A stretch of DNA of 64,000 nt, from assembly GCA_009914755.4 (NCBI GenBank), contig CP086569.2, positions 5,120,001 through 5,184,000 on the forward strand, given 5' to 3'. Below are positions 39,726 to 50,128 of this stretch, piece after piece (the stretch's first letter is position 1; the number at the start of each line of letters is the position of its first letter). The notes under the pieces were generated by a model. That model was not told the DNA's origin and searched no databases. It saw only the letters and a program-made list of their open reading frames with translations. A program made the translations under genes and the position numbers. Source of the stretch: the human T2T-CHM13v2.0 reference genome, Homo sapiens.

Positions 39726-41075
39726 TTTTCCTCACCTTCATGGATTTATCTACCTTTGATCTTTCAGGCTGATGAACTTTGGATGGGGCTTTTGCGTGGG
39801 GGTCCTTTATGTTGATTTTGATGTTGTTGCTTTCCGTTTGTTAGTTTTTCTTCTAACAAGCAGGCCTGTCTGCTGCAGGTCTGCTGTAGTTTGCTGGAGG
39901 TCCACTCCAGACCCTGTTCGCCTGGGTATCACCAGTGGAGGCTGTAGAACAGCAAAGATTGTTGCCTGCTCCTTCCTCTGGAAGCTTCGTCCCAGAGGGG
40001 CACCAGCCTGATGCCAGCTGGAGATCTCCTGTATGAGATGTCTGTCAACCCCTATTGGGAGGTCTCTCCCAGTCAGGAGGCACTGGGGTCAGGGACCTAC
40101 TTGAGGAGGCCATCTGTCCCTTACCAGAGCTGGTGTGCTGTGCTGGGAGAATCCCTTTTTTTCAGGATCAGCTGCTCTCTTCAGAGCCAGCAGGCAGGAA
40201 TGATGATATCTGCTGAAGCTGCACCCACAGCCTCCCCTTCCCTCAGGTGCTCTGTCCCAGGGAAATGGGGGTTTTGTCTATAAGTTCCTGACTGGGGCTG
40301 TTGCCTTTCCTTCAGAGATGCCCTGCCCAGTGATGAGGAATCTAGAGAAGCAGTCTGGCCACAGCCGTTTTGCTGCACTGTGGTGAATTTGCCCAGTCCA
40401 CACCTCCCAGCCTCCTTAGCACTGTCAGGGGAAAATTGCCTTATAAAGCCTCAGTAATGGCGGATGCCCCTCTTCCCACCAAGCTCGATCATCTCAGGTC
40501 AACTTCAGACTGCTGTGCTGGCAGTGAGAATTTCAAGCCAGTGATTTTTAGCTTGCTGGGCTTCGTGGGAGTGGGATCTGCTGAGTGAGACCACTTAGCT
40601 CCCTGGCTTCAGCTCCCTTTCCAGGGGAGTGAATGGTTCTGTCTTGCTGGGGTTCCAGGTGCCACTGGGGTAGGAAAAAGACTCTTGCAGCTAGGTCGGT
40701 GCCTGCCCAAACAGCCACCCAATTTTTGGCTTGAAACCCAGGGCCCTGGTGGTATAGGCACAGGAGGGAATTTCCCAATCTGCAGATTGCAAAAACTATG
40801 GGAAAAGTGTAGTAACATGGCCATGTAGCACAGTCCCTCATGGCTTCCCTTGGCTAGGGGAGGAAGGTCCCCCAGCTTCATGAACTTCCCAGGTGAAGCG
40901 ATGCCCCACCCTGCTTCTGCTCACCCTCCGTGGGTTGGACCTACTGCCTAACCAGTTCCAATGAGATGAACTGGGTACCTCAGTTGGAAATGACAAAATC
41001 ACCTTCCTTCTGTGTTGGTCTCGCTGGGAGCTGTACACAGGAGCTGTGCCTATTCGGCCACCTTGGCCCCTCTCC
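39726..41075 (-). promoter_or_regulatory. L1 5'UTR (contains the L1 internal sense promoter and antisense promoter in intact elements)
   Basis: GC-rich, stop-poor sequence between ORF1 and the canonical L1 5' terminus. Spurious ORFs 39772-40011, 40011-40283, 40548-40881 etc. lie here. Confidence 0.6.
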
Positions 41076-41576
41076 TGTTTCTAGTTCTTGAAGGTGTAAA
41101 TTTTGGTTGTGAATTTTAGATCTTTAATCCAATCATTTACAAAAAATTGTTTCTTAGCACTGGTTTTCTTTATCTCATAATTTTTTTGCATTTTTTGCAT
41201 GTTGTGTTTTAATTTTCATTTTCTCAAGATATTTTCTAATGTGATTTTTCTTTCTAATATTTTATAATGTGATTTTTTTGACCCAGTAGTTGCTTAAAAG
41301 TGTTGTTTAATTTCCACATATTTCAGAATTATCAAGTTTTTTCTGCTTTAATATATAGTTTCATTCCATTGTGATTGCAAAAGATATTTGTATGATTTCA
41401 TTCTTATTAATTACTATTAGTTTTATGGCCATATATATTATCTATCCTGCAGATATTTCCATGTGTACTTTGGAAAAATGTGTACTCTTTTGATCTCGCG
41501 TGATATGTCATGTATATGTTTGTTAGATCCAATTGGTCTATAGTGTTGTTGAAGAGCCATTATGTTCTTTTTTCTT
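41076..41576 (-). mobile_element. old L1 (same family as 32741-35265), ORF2 endonuclease-region segment
   Basis: ...tgacccagtagttgcttaaaagtgttgtttaatttccacatatttcag...tttcattccattgtgattgcaaaagatatttgtatgatttcattcttattaattactattagttttatggccatatatattatctatcctgcagatatttcc aligns, diverged, to the 37650-38350 region of the younger L1. Confidence 0.7.
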
Positions 41577-41874
41577 TTTTTTTTTTTTTTTTTTTGAGAC
41601 ACAGTCTCGCCTTGTTGCCCAGGCTGGAATGCAGTGGTGCGATCTTGGCTCACTGAAATCTCCACCTCCCGGGTTCAAGCGATTCTCCTGCCCCAGCCTC
41701 CCAAGTAGCTGGGATTACAGGCGTGTGCCACTATGCCCAGCTAATTTTTGTATTTTTAGTAGAGACTGGTTTCACTATGTTGGTCAGGCTGGTCTCGAAC
41801 TCTTGACCTCGTGATCCGCCCGCCTCAGCCTCCCAAAGTGCTGGGATTACAGGCGTGAGCCACTGCACCTAGCC
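41577..41874 (-). mobile_element. Alu (full dimer), minus orientation, inserted in the old L1
   Basis: tttttttttttttttttttttgagacacagtctcgccttgttgcccaggctggaatgcagtggtgcgatcttggctcactg...cctcccaaagtgctgggattacaggcgtgagccactgcacctagcc. Confidence 0.95.
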
Positions 41875-42350
41875 AAAGATCTATATTTTCTTACTGATCA
41901 TCTTTCTGGTTCTAGCCACTATTGACAATGGAACATTGAAGTCTACTATTTTTGTAGTACTGTCTCCTTTCAATTCTGTTAATGTTGGCTTCATATATTT
42001 AGAAGCTCTGATATGTAGTGCATGTATGCTAATAATTATATATTTTTGGTGAATAGACATTTATCAATACATATTGTCCTTTTTTGTCTCTTGTAACATT
42101 TTTTGGTGTAAAATCTATTGCTTACTATTAGCATAGCTATGATTGCTTTCTTTTGGCCACTATTTGCATGGACTATCTGTTTTCACCTTTTATCCTTCAA
42201 CCTATTTGTGTTCTTACTTCTAACATGAGTCTATTGTAGACAGTACATATTTAGTTCCCGGTTATTCATTCACTATGCCAGTGTAATGTCTTATAATGTC
42301 TTATAATTAAGGTGTTTAATCCATTTAAATTTTAAGCAATTGCTCATAGT
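41875..42350 (-). mobile_element. old L1 continuation (ORF2 N-terminus / ORF1-ORF2 junction region)
   Basis: continues the diverged L1 alignment after the Alu (…gtactgtctcctttcaattctgttaatgttggcttcatatatttagaagctctgatatgtagtgcatgtatgctaataattatatatttttg…). Confidence 0.6.
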
Positions 42351-42928
42351 CAGGACTTACTATTACCACCATATTATATTTTTTAAAAACTCTCTTTCTT
42401 CTCATATGCACCACGAATTGCGTCTGACCTTTTAGAGTATAGGTGACTTTTCTAATGAGATTCAGAAAATAATTTCCACTTGTCCATTTGGCATTTCTAC
42501 CTGTATGTTCATTACTCTTGAAGTGATTTAAGTAGGAAAAGAGGATGCTACCTTTTAAATTTGTTTCCATTATTTAACTAGAAGAGTTTGTTCATTAAAA
42601 CATTATACTCCTCAGACATGTCACTTAACTCAGGTATTATGGTACTCTCTTTTGCAAATGTGAGTCCTCGAAAATTCATTAGTGTACTTTTAATTCAACA
42701 GATATGTATTGACTTTTACCCATTACATTCTTGGTATTGTTCAAGGTACTGAGTATATCACAGTGAACAAGACAGAGGAAAGCTTCTGCTCTCATGGAGA
42801 TAGACAATAAGCATAATAAATCAGTAAGTGATATAGTGTATTAGAAGATGTTTATGTGCTGTGCATAAACTAGAGAAGTGTAGGTGGGAATAGCAGTGCC
42901 ACTTGGGGGTGGGTGATTTGATGGCTTT

Positions 42929-42985
42929 TGGGTAATAAGGGTTTAGGTACTTTTGGGTAATAAGGATTTAGGTACTTTTGGGTAT
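42929..42985. repeat. short tandem duplication (2.3 copies of ~25-bp unit gggtaataagg.tttaggtactttt)
   Basis: ttttgggtaataagggtttaggtacttttgggtaataaggatttaggtacttttgggtat. Confidence 0.8.
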
Positions 42986-43489
42986 ATAAGGAAGACAGAT
43001 TTGGATCATAGTGCCAACAGAGGAGCTATGAATGAAATTAGCATAATTATATTGTGATATACAGATGATATTTGAATTTTTTTTATAATGTAAGAAATAT
43101 ATTATATGTCTATTTTATTTATTTATTGAGTATGATTCCTAGCAACAGATAACTAGCTAAATAAACTGCCTTTCTCTTAAGCTCAATGCTAATTGAAAAA
43201 GAAATTAAAGCCAGAATCCATGTAGGACAGTGAGGAATTCATGGCTATCAATATCAGGATCTCCTTTCAGAGAGCATCACAAAAGTGTGCTGATAGACAT
43301 GATGAAGGAAAATAAGGAAAATAAAAGATTCTTAGGGGAGGGAATATGCTATTTTTTGTGATAAGCAACTCCTGTTACTTCTCTTTGATAGGTACAGGAT
43401 TATAAACTAACCCTCAATTTTACCCTGTTTTGAAGAATATGTTTTAAAGTGAGCTTAAATAATACAATATAAAAATTGACTTCTTCAAG

Positions 43490-43790
43490 TGGCGAGAGCA
43501 CTCAGAGACGCGACGTGGAGCTGGCGGGTACCGAGCGGGTGCCTCAGTCTCCTTCCCCTCCCCTCGCCTAGCCTTGCCGTCTTCTCCCCGCAGATGGACC
43601 GGAACTATGTGATCCCGGAAGTTCTAGGGCCTTTGCTGTGTGTGGGATAAACGGTCATGGCGGAGGCTCCAGCTCCCGTGACAACAGCCACAACATCAGG
43701 AGCAGGAGACGCAGCGGCAGCAGCCACAGCGGCCTCCCGCACCCCGATCCCCACAGTCACTGCCCCATCCCCAGTGTCTTATTTGTACAA
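43490..43790 (+). other. isolated CpG-rich ~300-bp segment embedded in AT-rich DNA (candidate unannotated promoter/first exon or retroposed or templated 5' mRNA fragment); contains a 47-codon ORF MAEAPAPVTTATTSGAGDAAAAATAASRTPIPTVTAPSPVSYLYNVF*
   Basis: ggcgagagcactcagagacgcgacgtggagctggcgggtaccgagcgggtgcctcag...ccccgcagatggaccggaactatgtgatcccggaag...acggtcATGGCGGAGGCTCCAGCTCCCGTGACAACAGCC...GCAGCGGCAGCAGCCACAGCGGCCTCCCGCACCCCGATCCCC. About 18 CpGs in 300 bp. Sharp compositional boundaries on both sides. No poly(A) or obvious TSD. Confidence 0.4.
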
Positions 43791-46247
43791 TGTATTTTAA
43801 ATGAGGTAGCAATGCATTATAAGTATTTAATAACTAGCTTATCAATTGTTACATTATATTTGTCTAAAGTTTGAAAACCACTAATTTTAAGCATGTATCA
43901 TTGATAGATCATCAAAAACTATATTATTAATAGAACATTTATTTTCAGCTAAATTGAAGAGACGTAGCAGGGTAATAAGGCCCAGCACTTAGATTTGATT
44001 ATACAATTAAAAATATTTTACACCATAAATGAGTATTCATTAACTAGATTGAATCATCTGACTCAAGTTGGTATGTCAATCAAATGAATTTTCAAATGTT
44101 TTAAAATAATCATATATTCATACGTTGATACTAGGAGATAAAAATATGTTTTAGAGACTGCTAAAAGGAAGGCAAACTTTTGCCCTTACTCTTAGGGTTT
44201 TTCTGCTGGATATGGGAATTAAACTGACACGAGACAGGTCAATAGAAGAAATGTATACATATTTATTCAATACAAGTTTTACATGGCATGGGAGTCTTCA
44301 TAAATAAGGAAATGAAGAACCAAAGTCGCAGTTGGAGTTGAAAACTTACATGCTGTATTGGACAAAATGTAGTAAATTGTGAAAATGTAGCAAGGCAAAG
44401 GGGTTTGGGCTACAGGAGTTAATTGGGTAGAGTTGTGACTAAGAAGATAAGGTTGGTTTAACAAAGTTTGTACAAATTTCCCTCAGTCTCAATTTTCTGT
44501 CCTCGAAGACAAGTTTTCTTGCCTTCCAGTACAAAAAGGATATCTTTCGCATGGGAATTTCGTCTCCTGCTGTTAAGAAACAGAATGAAGGTCAGAGTGA
44601 ACTTCTTGCACCTGCTGTTTTTCAAATGCCTTTAGCTCAAAATAATTCTTATGCCAAAGAGCATATTCTGGAATGATGTGTTTTAAAATCCTTCACTGCA
44701 TTAGATTTCAGAGTAAGAAAGGAGCAGAATATAACTCTTAAAAGGATGCTTCTGAATCTTAAAATCTCTGAGAAATTAGGAAGTAGGCTTTTCTTGAATG
44801 ACGCTGAGGTATTAACCACTTCGATTTTTTTAACAGCTCATTAATAATCAAGTAATTATATCAGAAAGATAATTAGATTTGATCCTTAGAAATGTGCCTA
44901 CATATTTTAGTGTAAAACTAAAGAGTAATGCTTTACTGAATTAACTAATTTTTAAACAGAAGACAGTGTTCAAACAAGTGAACTGTATTCATTTACTTTC
45001 ATTCATCTAAATGAAATTGTATCCTATTTTTCTAAGACTTCACGGCACTCATCCTTTTCTAATAACCAATTTTGCACCGCAATTCCTGTGGCAATTAAAA
45101 AAACAATAATTTACTTGCTTGTAGATGTTGCACTACAAAATGAGACATTTTAAAGACCAAGGATGCATGTTCCTATGAGATTGTTTTGAAGTTTTTATAT
45201 ATAATTATATTTAATGAAGTGACTGGTTATAATTTCCATGGTTTCATATAGTCTTTATGTTGTTTTTATTGCATTTTCAAAACCTCACTTTTATATTTGT
45301 CATTTTTTTCTTCAGAAATGAATCATGGAACTTTATATTTTCCTGGCCATTTCTCTTTTTATAATATGAATTTTAAAAATCAATAATGCAACCCTTTAAA
45401 AAACATTTACCAAATTTTAAATTTCTGAAGATTATTTTCAATTGAATTATGTGTAACTCACATTTTATCTTTTCCACCACAGAATACTGCTTCAAGTTGC
45501 CTCAGTACAAGTTTGTTATCTTAACATTTCTCTTTTATCCAAAGACGATTTATCCATTGTCTCCCAGAGAGTGCTCTTTGTCTCCAGATATTTGCACTTA
45601 GCATAGTAATAGTCAGGAAGACCTTTATCAATACTTTAGAATATCAATGAAAAGTCTTTTTTTTCCTCCTAACAAATGAATATTAGATGTGGAAGCTTCA
45701 CAATATGCTACATTTCTGGTATGATAATTGATTATATTTGTTTGAAGAATGATTCTTCTGCAACGTGAGCTTTTTGTTGGTTCAGTTGAAAATAATGGAA
45801 AGATCCTCTGGATCTGAGATGTGTTCAAGTGTAATAAGCAACATTTAACAAATGTTACACTGTTGCCATTTAACAAATGTCTTTGGAATTCAATTGAGCC
45901 AGGTTTTAAAGTGATAATCCATATCACCATGTGTGAAATGTAATTCAGATCTTGTTTATCCATATTTAAATTGTGTATAAAATTTATGAAAATGTCCAAA
46001 GGCTTATCAAATTGAATCATTAATTACTATCTTGAAATTATTGGTGTCAAATCAATGATTTTTGTTGATATTATATGAATATACGGATAAGCAAACTTAG
46101 ATGTGATTTCTTCATAATACATTGGCATGGCAAAATTTTTAAAATGTGCAGTTAATGAAAATTTATCCTAAATATTTGGGATTATTAAATATAAAATTAA
46201 ACATGCAGATTTTAAGGGTTTACCTCACTTACTTTTTAATCATTCCA

Positions 46248-46250
<3 letters not shown>

Positions 46251-46318
<68 letters not shown>
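46251..46318. repeat. (TA)n microsatellite (~33 units, one CA interruption) grown on the A-tail side of an Alu
   Basis: atatatatat...atacacatatatatatatatatatatatt followed by T16 and Alu body. Confidence 0.9.
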
Positions 46319-46333
<15 letters not shown>

Positions 46334-46618
46334 GAGATGGAGTCTTGCTCAGTTGCCCAGGCTGGATTGCAGTGGCACGATCTCAGCTCACTGCAAGCTC
46401 TGCCTCCTGGGTTCATGCCATTCTCCTGCCTCAGCCTCCTGAGTAGCTAGGACTACAGGTACCCACCACCAAGCCTGGCTAATTTTTTTTTGTAGTTTTA
46501 GTAGAGACGGGGTTTCACCGTGTTAGCCAGGATGGTCTTGATCTCCTGACCTCATGATCCACCCTCCTCGGCCTCCCAAAGTGCTGGGATTACAGGTGTG
46601 AGCCACCGAACCTGGCCC
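46319..46618 (-). mobile_element. Alu (full dimer), minus orientation
   Basis: ttttttttttttttgagatggagtcttgctcagttgcccaggctggattgcagtggcacgatctcagctcactgcaagctc...gcctcccaaagtgctgggattacaggtgtgagccaccgaacctggcc. Confidence 0.95.
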
Positions 46619-46753
46619 ATTCATTTATATTTTTAAGAATTAGTTTATGTTTATATGTATTTTCAATTATTACCTGAAAAATATTTGCTAGTAGTATCTA
46701 GTTAAAGATTATTGCATATTTAAAGTGTTTACCTGTTTACATGACTTTTAATA

Positions 46754-47062
46754 TTTTTTTTTGTTGTTTCTTTGTTTGTTTTTGAGATGGAGTCTTGCTC
46801 TGTCGCCCAGGCTGGAGTGCAGTGGCTCAATCTCGGCTCACTGCAATCTCCGCCTCCTGGGTTCAAGCAGTTCCCTGCCACAGCCTCCCAAGTAGCTGGG
46901 ATTACAGGCACCCGCCACCACACCCGGCTAATTTTTGTATTTTTAGTAGAGACAGGGTTTCACCATCTTGGCCAGGCTGGTCTTGAACTCCTGACCTTTT
47001 GATCCACCCTCCTCAGCCTCCCAAAGTGCTGGGATTATAGGCATGAGCCACCGTGCCCGGCC
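46754..47062 (-). mobile_element. Alu (full dimer), minus orientation
   Basis: ttttttttgttgtttctttgtttgtttttgagatggagtcttgctctgtcgcccaggctggagtgcagtggctcaatctcggctcactgcaatctccgcctcc...cctcccaaagtgctgggattataggcatgagccaccgtgcccggcc. Confidence 0.95.
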
Positions 47063-47878
47063 TTGTTTTGTTTGTTAAAGGCAATTTTTTAAATAACCTG
47101 AGAAGGAAATTAAGAAATATTGATGTGCTTAGACTTTTGAAAAGCACTGTGCATATGTGAATGCATGTGCATGTGTGTGTGTATTCTTCCTACCATCAAG
47201 ATATCTTCTTTATGCCCTTCTTTCCCCTATTAGGTCTGAGCTCATATTTGTAAATGTATGTATCACAACATATTTTGCTGTTATTTGGATCAGAGAAAAA
47301 TCTGTTTTATAAAATGTACCACAAACTGACATGTCAAACTTGTTTTAAAAAATCAATTGCGGGGTGAGCAACTGTCTTTAATTTGAATTTATCCCATCTT
47401 TTATGACCAGTTTCCAACTTAGAGTTTACCCTCTTAACATCGAGTTACTTGTGTTATTTTCTCAAAGTGATGTGATTATTTTGCTTTTGCTTCATTACTG
47501 CAACAAAATTTAAATACCTTCATAAATAAGCAATTTTAGAGGAGCATGAAAACTAACAAAATGTAACAAACACACTGAAGAGATTTGATGATTTGCATTT
47601 TCATGAAGCTATTGAACAAAAAAAATATCCAGCAGCACTAATATACAGCAAATTCATCTTTCAACAATAGGGCTAACTTAATTCTTTGTGCCATATGTCT
47701 ATTAGGATTTTAAGCTGCTTGGTTGTCTGTGATCACTAAGTGAAGGTGAAGTCTAGATTAATAAAACATATTTCAAAGGCTGATGTCAAAACAGAAGCAA
47801 ATGTTCAGAGTGTGCTACTCTTTCTTTAGGTAAAATAAACAGCACCTGATTCTTCCTCTTTTCAGTATCACTTTTTGC

Positions 47879-47900
47879 AAAAATAAATAAATAAATAAAT
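47879..47900. repeat. (AAAT)5 microsatellite
   Basis: aaaaataaataaataaataaat. Confidence 0.85.
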
Positions 47901-49689
47901 CCTGTACTTATTTGTGACAATAACTTAATGTTCCATTATGTTTAATTTAACATTCTTTAAATTTAAACATTATTAGCTAATGGCAGTTTTCAAAGTACCA
48001 CCAGTTCTAACTCCTGACCCTTATGTCAGTTACTAATGAGACACTTGTGATTTACATTAACATTTGGAAACATGATCAAAATATTTTTTAAAAACAGATA
48101 ATTTTCCAGTAAGGAAATATTCTATATAATTGCCAGGTACAGTTTTATAGATTCTATGTGTTAATTACTTACTGAAGAATTGTCAAGGTGTAAGTGGAAA
48201 AGACAGAAAGGTATCATTTTGAAATTTAATAGGAACTTCAGAGAGCTAGAGACAACACTAGTCTTTTAAAATTGTAAAATGTGACCTACTGTATCTTGTA
48301 GGATGTAATCTTTTCAATTTGTATATCTTAAATAAACCATTGAATGCACTTCAGAAATCAGAACTTTTGGAAGGCTCATTGCATTTAACATTAGTTGAAC
48401 TCAGTATTGGACCTAGAGTCATTATACCTATTTGGGAATATTTTATTATGAATGAAGGTGCCCCAACACTACAGTTTATAGAGCTCTTAAGCACAAATCT
48501 CTTTTAGCAATATTTTTCCTTCAATGCCATGAGATTCATAGCTCTAATTTTAACAGTCCTATGATCCAACTTGTCTTCACTGTAAATAGAAGCAAAATTT
48601 TGTATTATGAAGGCTGTACCAAGCAATAATCAATTCTTATTAAATAGAAAATATGTGATTCCTTTATTCACACAAGCATATAATCAGAAAAAAATATTTT
48701 TACTGATTTTATTTTAATCCTTATAGTACCATGCAATTGTCTTAGTTTTTCTTCAGAACAGCATCACTCTAGTATGATCAAATTATCCACAGATAATTTC
48801 GTATCTGTGAAGCTCCCCCATCCCACGTTTTTTCATTATATTATACCATGGCCATCTCTGTGTTAATAATGTCATCACTAGATCATATGTATCATTTATC
48901 AAAAGTGAGCAGGAACACATCCTGAATGCAAAATCATTTTAGTAATAGCAACTAATTAAAGTGAATTAAAAGTGAACTGATTAAACTGTATAGTTAATGG
49001 ATGTAGTGGCTTGAAAATATAAAATTATATATATATATATCCAAAGACAATTCATCAATTTTGCCAAGTAAAATGAATATATTCTTGTTTCAGAATTAGT
49101 CTCTTATTTTTAAGATAATCCTATGACTTTTGAATGTTATAGAATTTAATTATTCAGCAGATAACAAATTGTAATCATGATTTCTCTGATCAATACAATG
49201 TATTTTTGATCTACAAAGAGGGTATATGAGCAATAAAAATCCCAGAAATGTTGCCCATAATGATTTCAAATGCCTTAGAATGATTAATATTATAAATTTA
49301 GAAAGATATTTTTGTGTAGATTTATTTTTGATTTTTACGAAAAATAATGATTTTTGAGAGTTTTTATTTCATAGTTTCACGGTAAGTTGTCTTGTTTAAT
49401 GGTCCTCTAATGAGAGTCAGGGTAAGAGATGTGATTAAATATAATATTGTGGCAAAAGGAGATGTCTATAGAATAAAAATTGTGAAATAATCATATTCTA
49501 AAATTGTTCTAATTAGGGTAGTCTGACATCATTAAAATTTCATTACTCTAATATGATCATATTAAAATGCCAAAAAAAGAGTCTATTATAAACATATTTA
49601 GAAAACTTAATCAGCATTCCCAGTTTTCTCTCATACACACATATAAATATATATGTTTCTGAAATTATCAAAGAACCATGTCTTAATCT

Positions 49690-50100
49690 GCTCAGGCTGC
49701 TAGAACAAAATGCTATTAACTAGGTGGCTTATAAACAACATAAATTTATTTCTCAGAGTTCTGGAGGCTAAGAAGTCCTAGATCAAATTGTTGGCAAATT
49801 CAGTGTCTGGTGAAGGCTCACTTCCTGGTTCATAGACAAGGAGGCATCTTTTCACCGTGTACTCACAGGGAAGAAAGGGTAAGAGATCTTTGAAGTCACT
49901 TATATAAGGGCACTAATCTGATTTATAAGGGATCTGCCCTCATGACCTAAGCACTTACCAAAGGCCAACTTCCAGATGCCATCACATTAGTGATTATGTT
50001 TTAACATATGAATTTTAGGGTGACACAAACATTCACTCTATGTTAGACCATGTGGCTTAAATAATCTGAATCTTACTTCGGACCTACTAAAACAGAACAG
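49690..50100 (+). mobile_element. ancient LTR/MaLR-like interspersed repeat (family not assigned)
   Basis: ...tgctagaacaaaatgctattaactaggtggcttataaacaacataaatttatttctcagagttctggaggctaagaagtcctagatcaaattgttggcaaattcagtgtctggtgaaggctcacttcctggttcatagacaagg...tataagggcactaatctgatttataagggatctgccctcatgacctaagcacttaccaaaggccaacttcc...acatatgaattttagggtgacacaaacattcactctatg. This is a very common human repeat signature. Confidence 0.5.
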
Positions 50101-50128
50101 AATATTTGAATTTTGAAACCCAGGAATT

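Larger units (their letters stand above)
36658..41075 (-). mobile_element. younger primate L1 (L1PA/L1PB-like), 5' two-thirds only: intact 5' terminus and 5'UTR, ORF1, ORF2 N-terminal half (EN and part of RT); 3' ~2.3 kb missing
   Basis: Minus-strand ORFs: 38399-38650 MTGSNSHITALTLNVNGLNAPIKRHRLANWIKSQDPLVCCIQETHLTCKDTQRLKI... (ORF2 start); 38134-38454 ...AGVAILDSDKTDFKPTK...DFNTPL (EN); 37687-37980, 37293-37559 ...[30 protein letters not shown]; 36788-37024 ...[61 protein letters not shown] (RT); 38666-38851 ...KSFTDRQMLRHFVTTRPALQELLKEALNIERKNQYQPLQ (ORF1 C-terminus). The element's 5' end at ~41075 is the reverse complement of GGAGAGGGGCCAAGGTGGCCGAATAGGCACAGCTCC (L1 5' start). Frameshift in the A-run of ORF2 and broken ORF1 mean it is inactive. 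Confidence 0.9.

Noticed and set aside
39296-39772. 158-aa ORF on + strand, the longest in the track
   Set aside because: It is antisense to L1 ORF1 of the minus-strand L1. It is Phe/Leu/Ser-rich with no protein-like features, a well-known artefact of reading L1 ORFs backwards.
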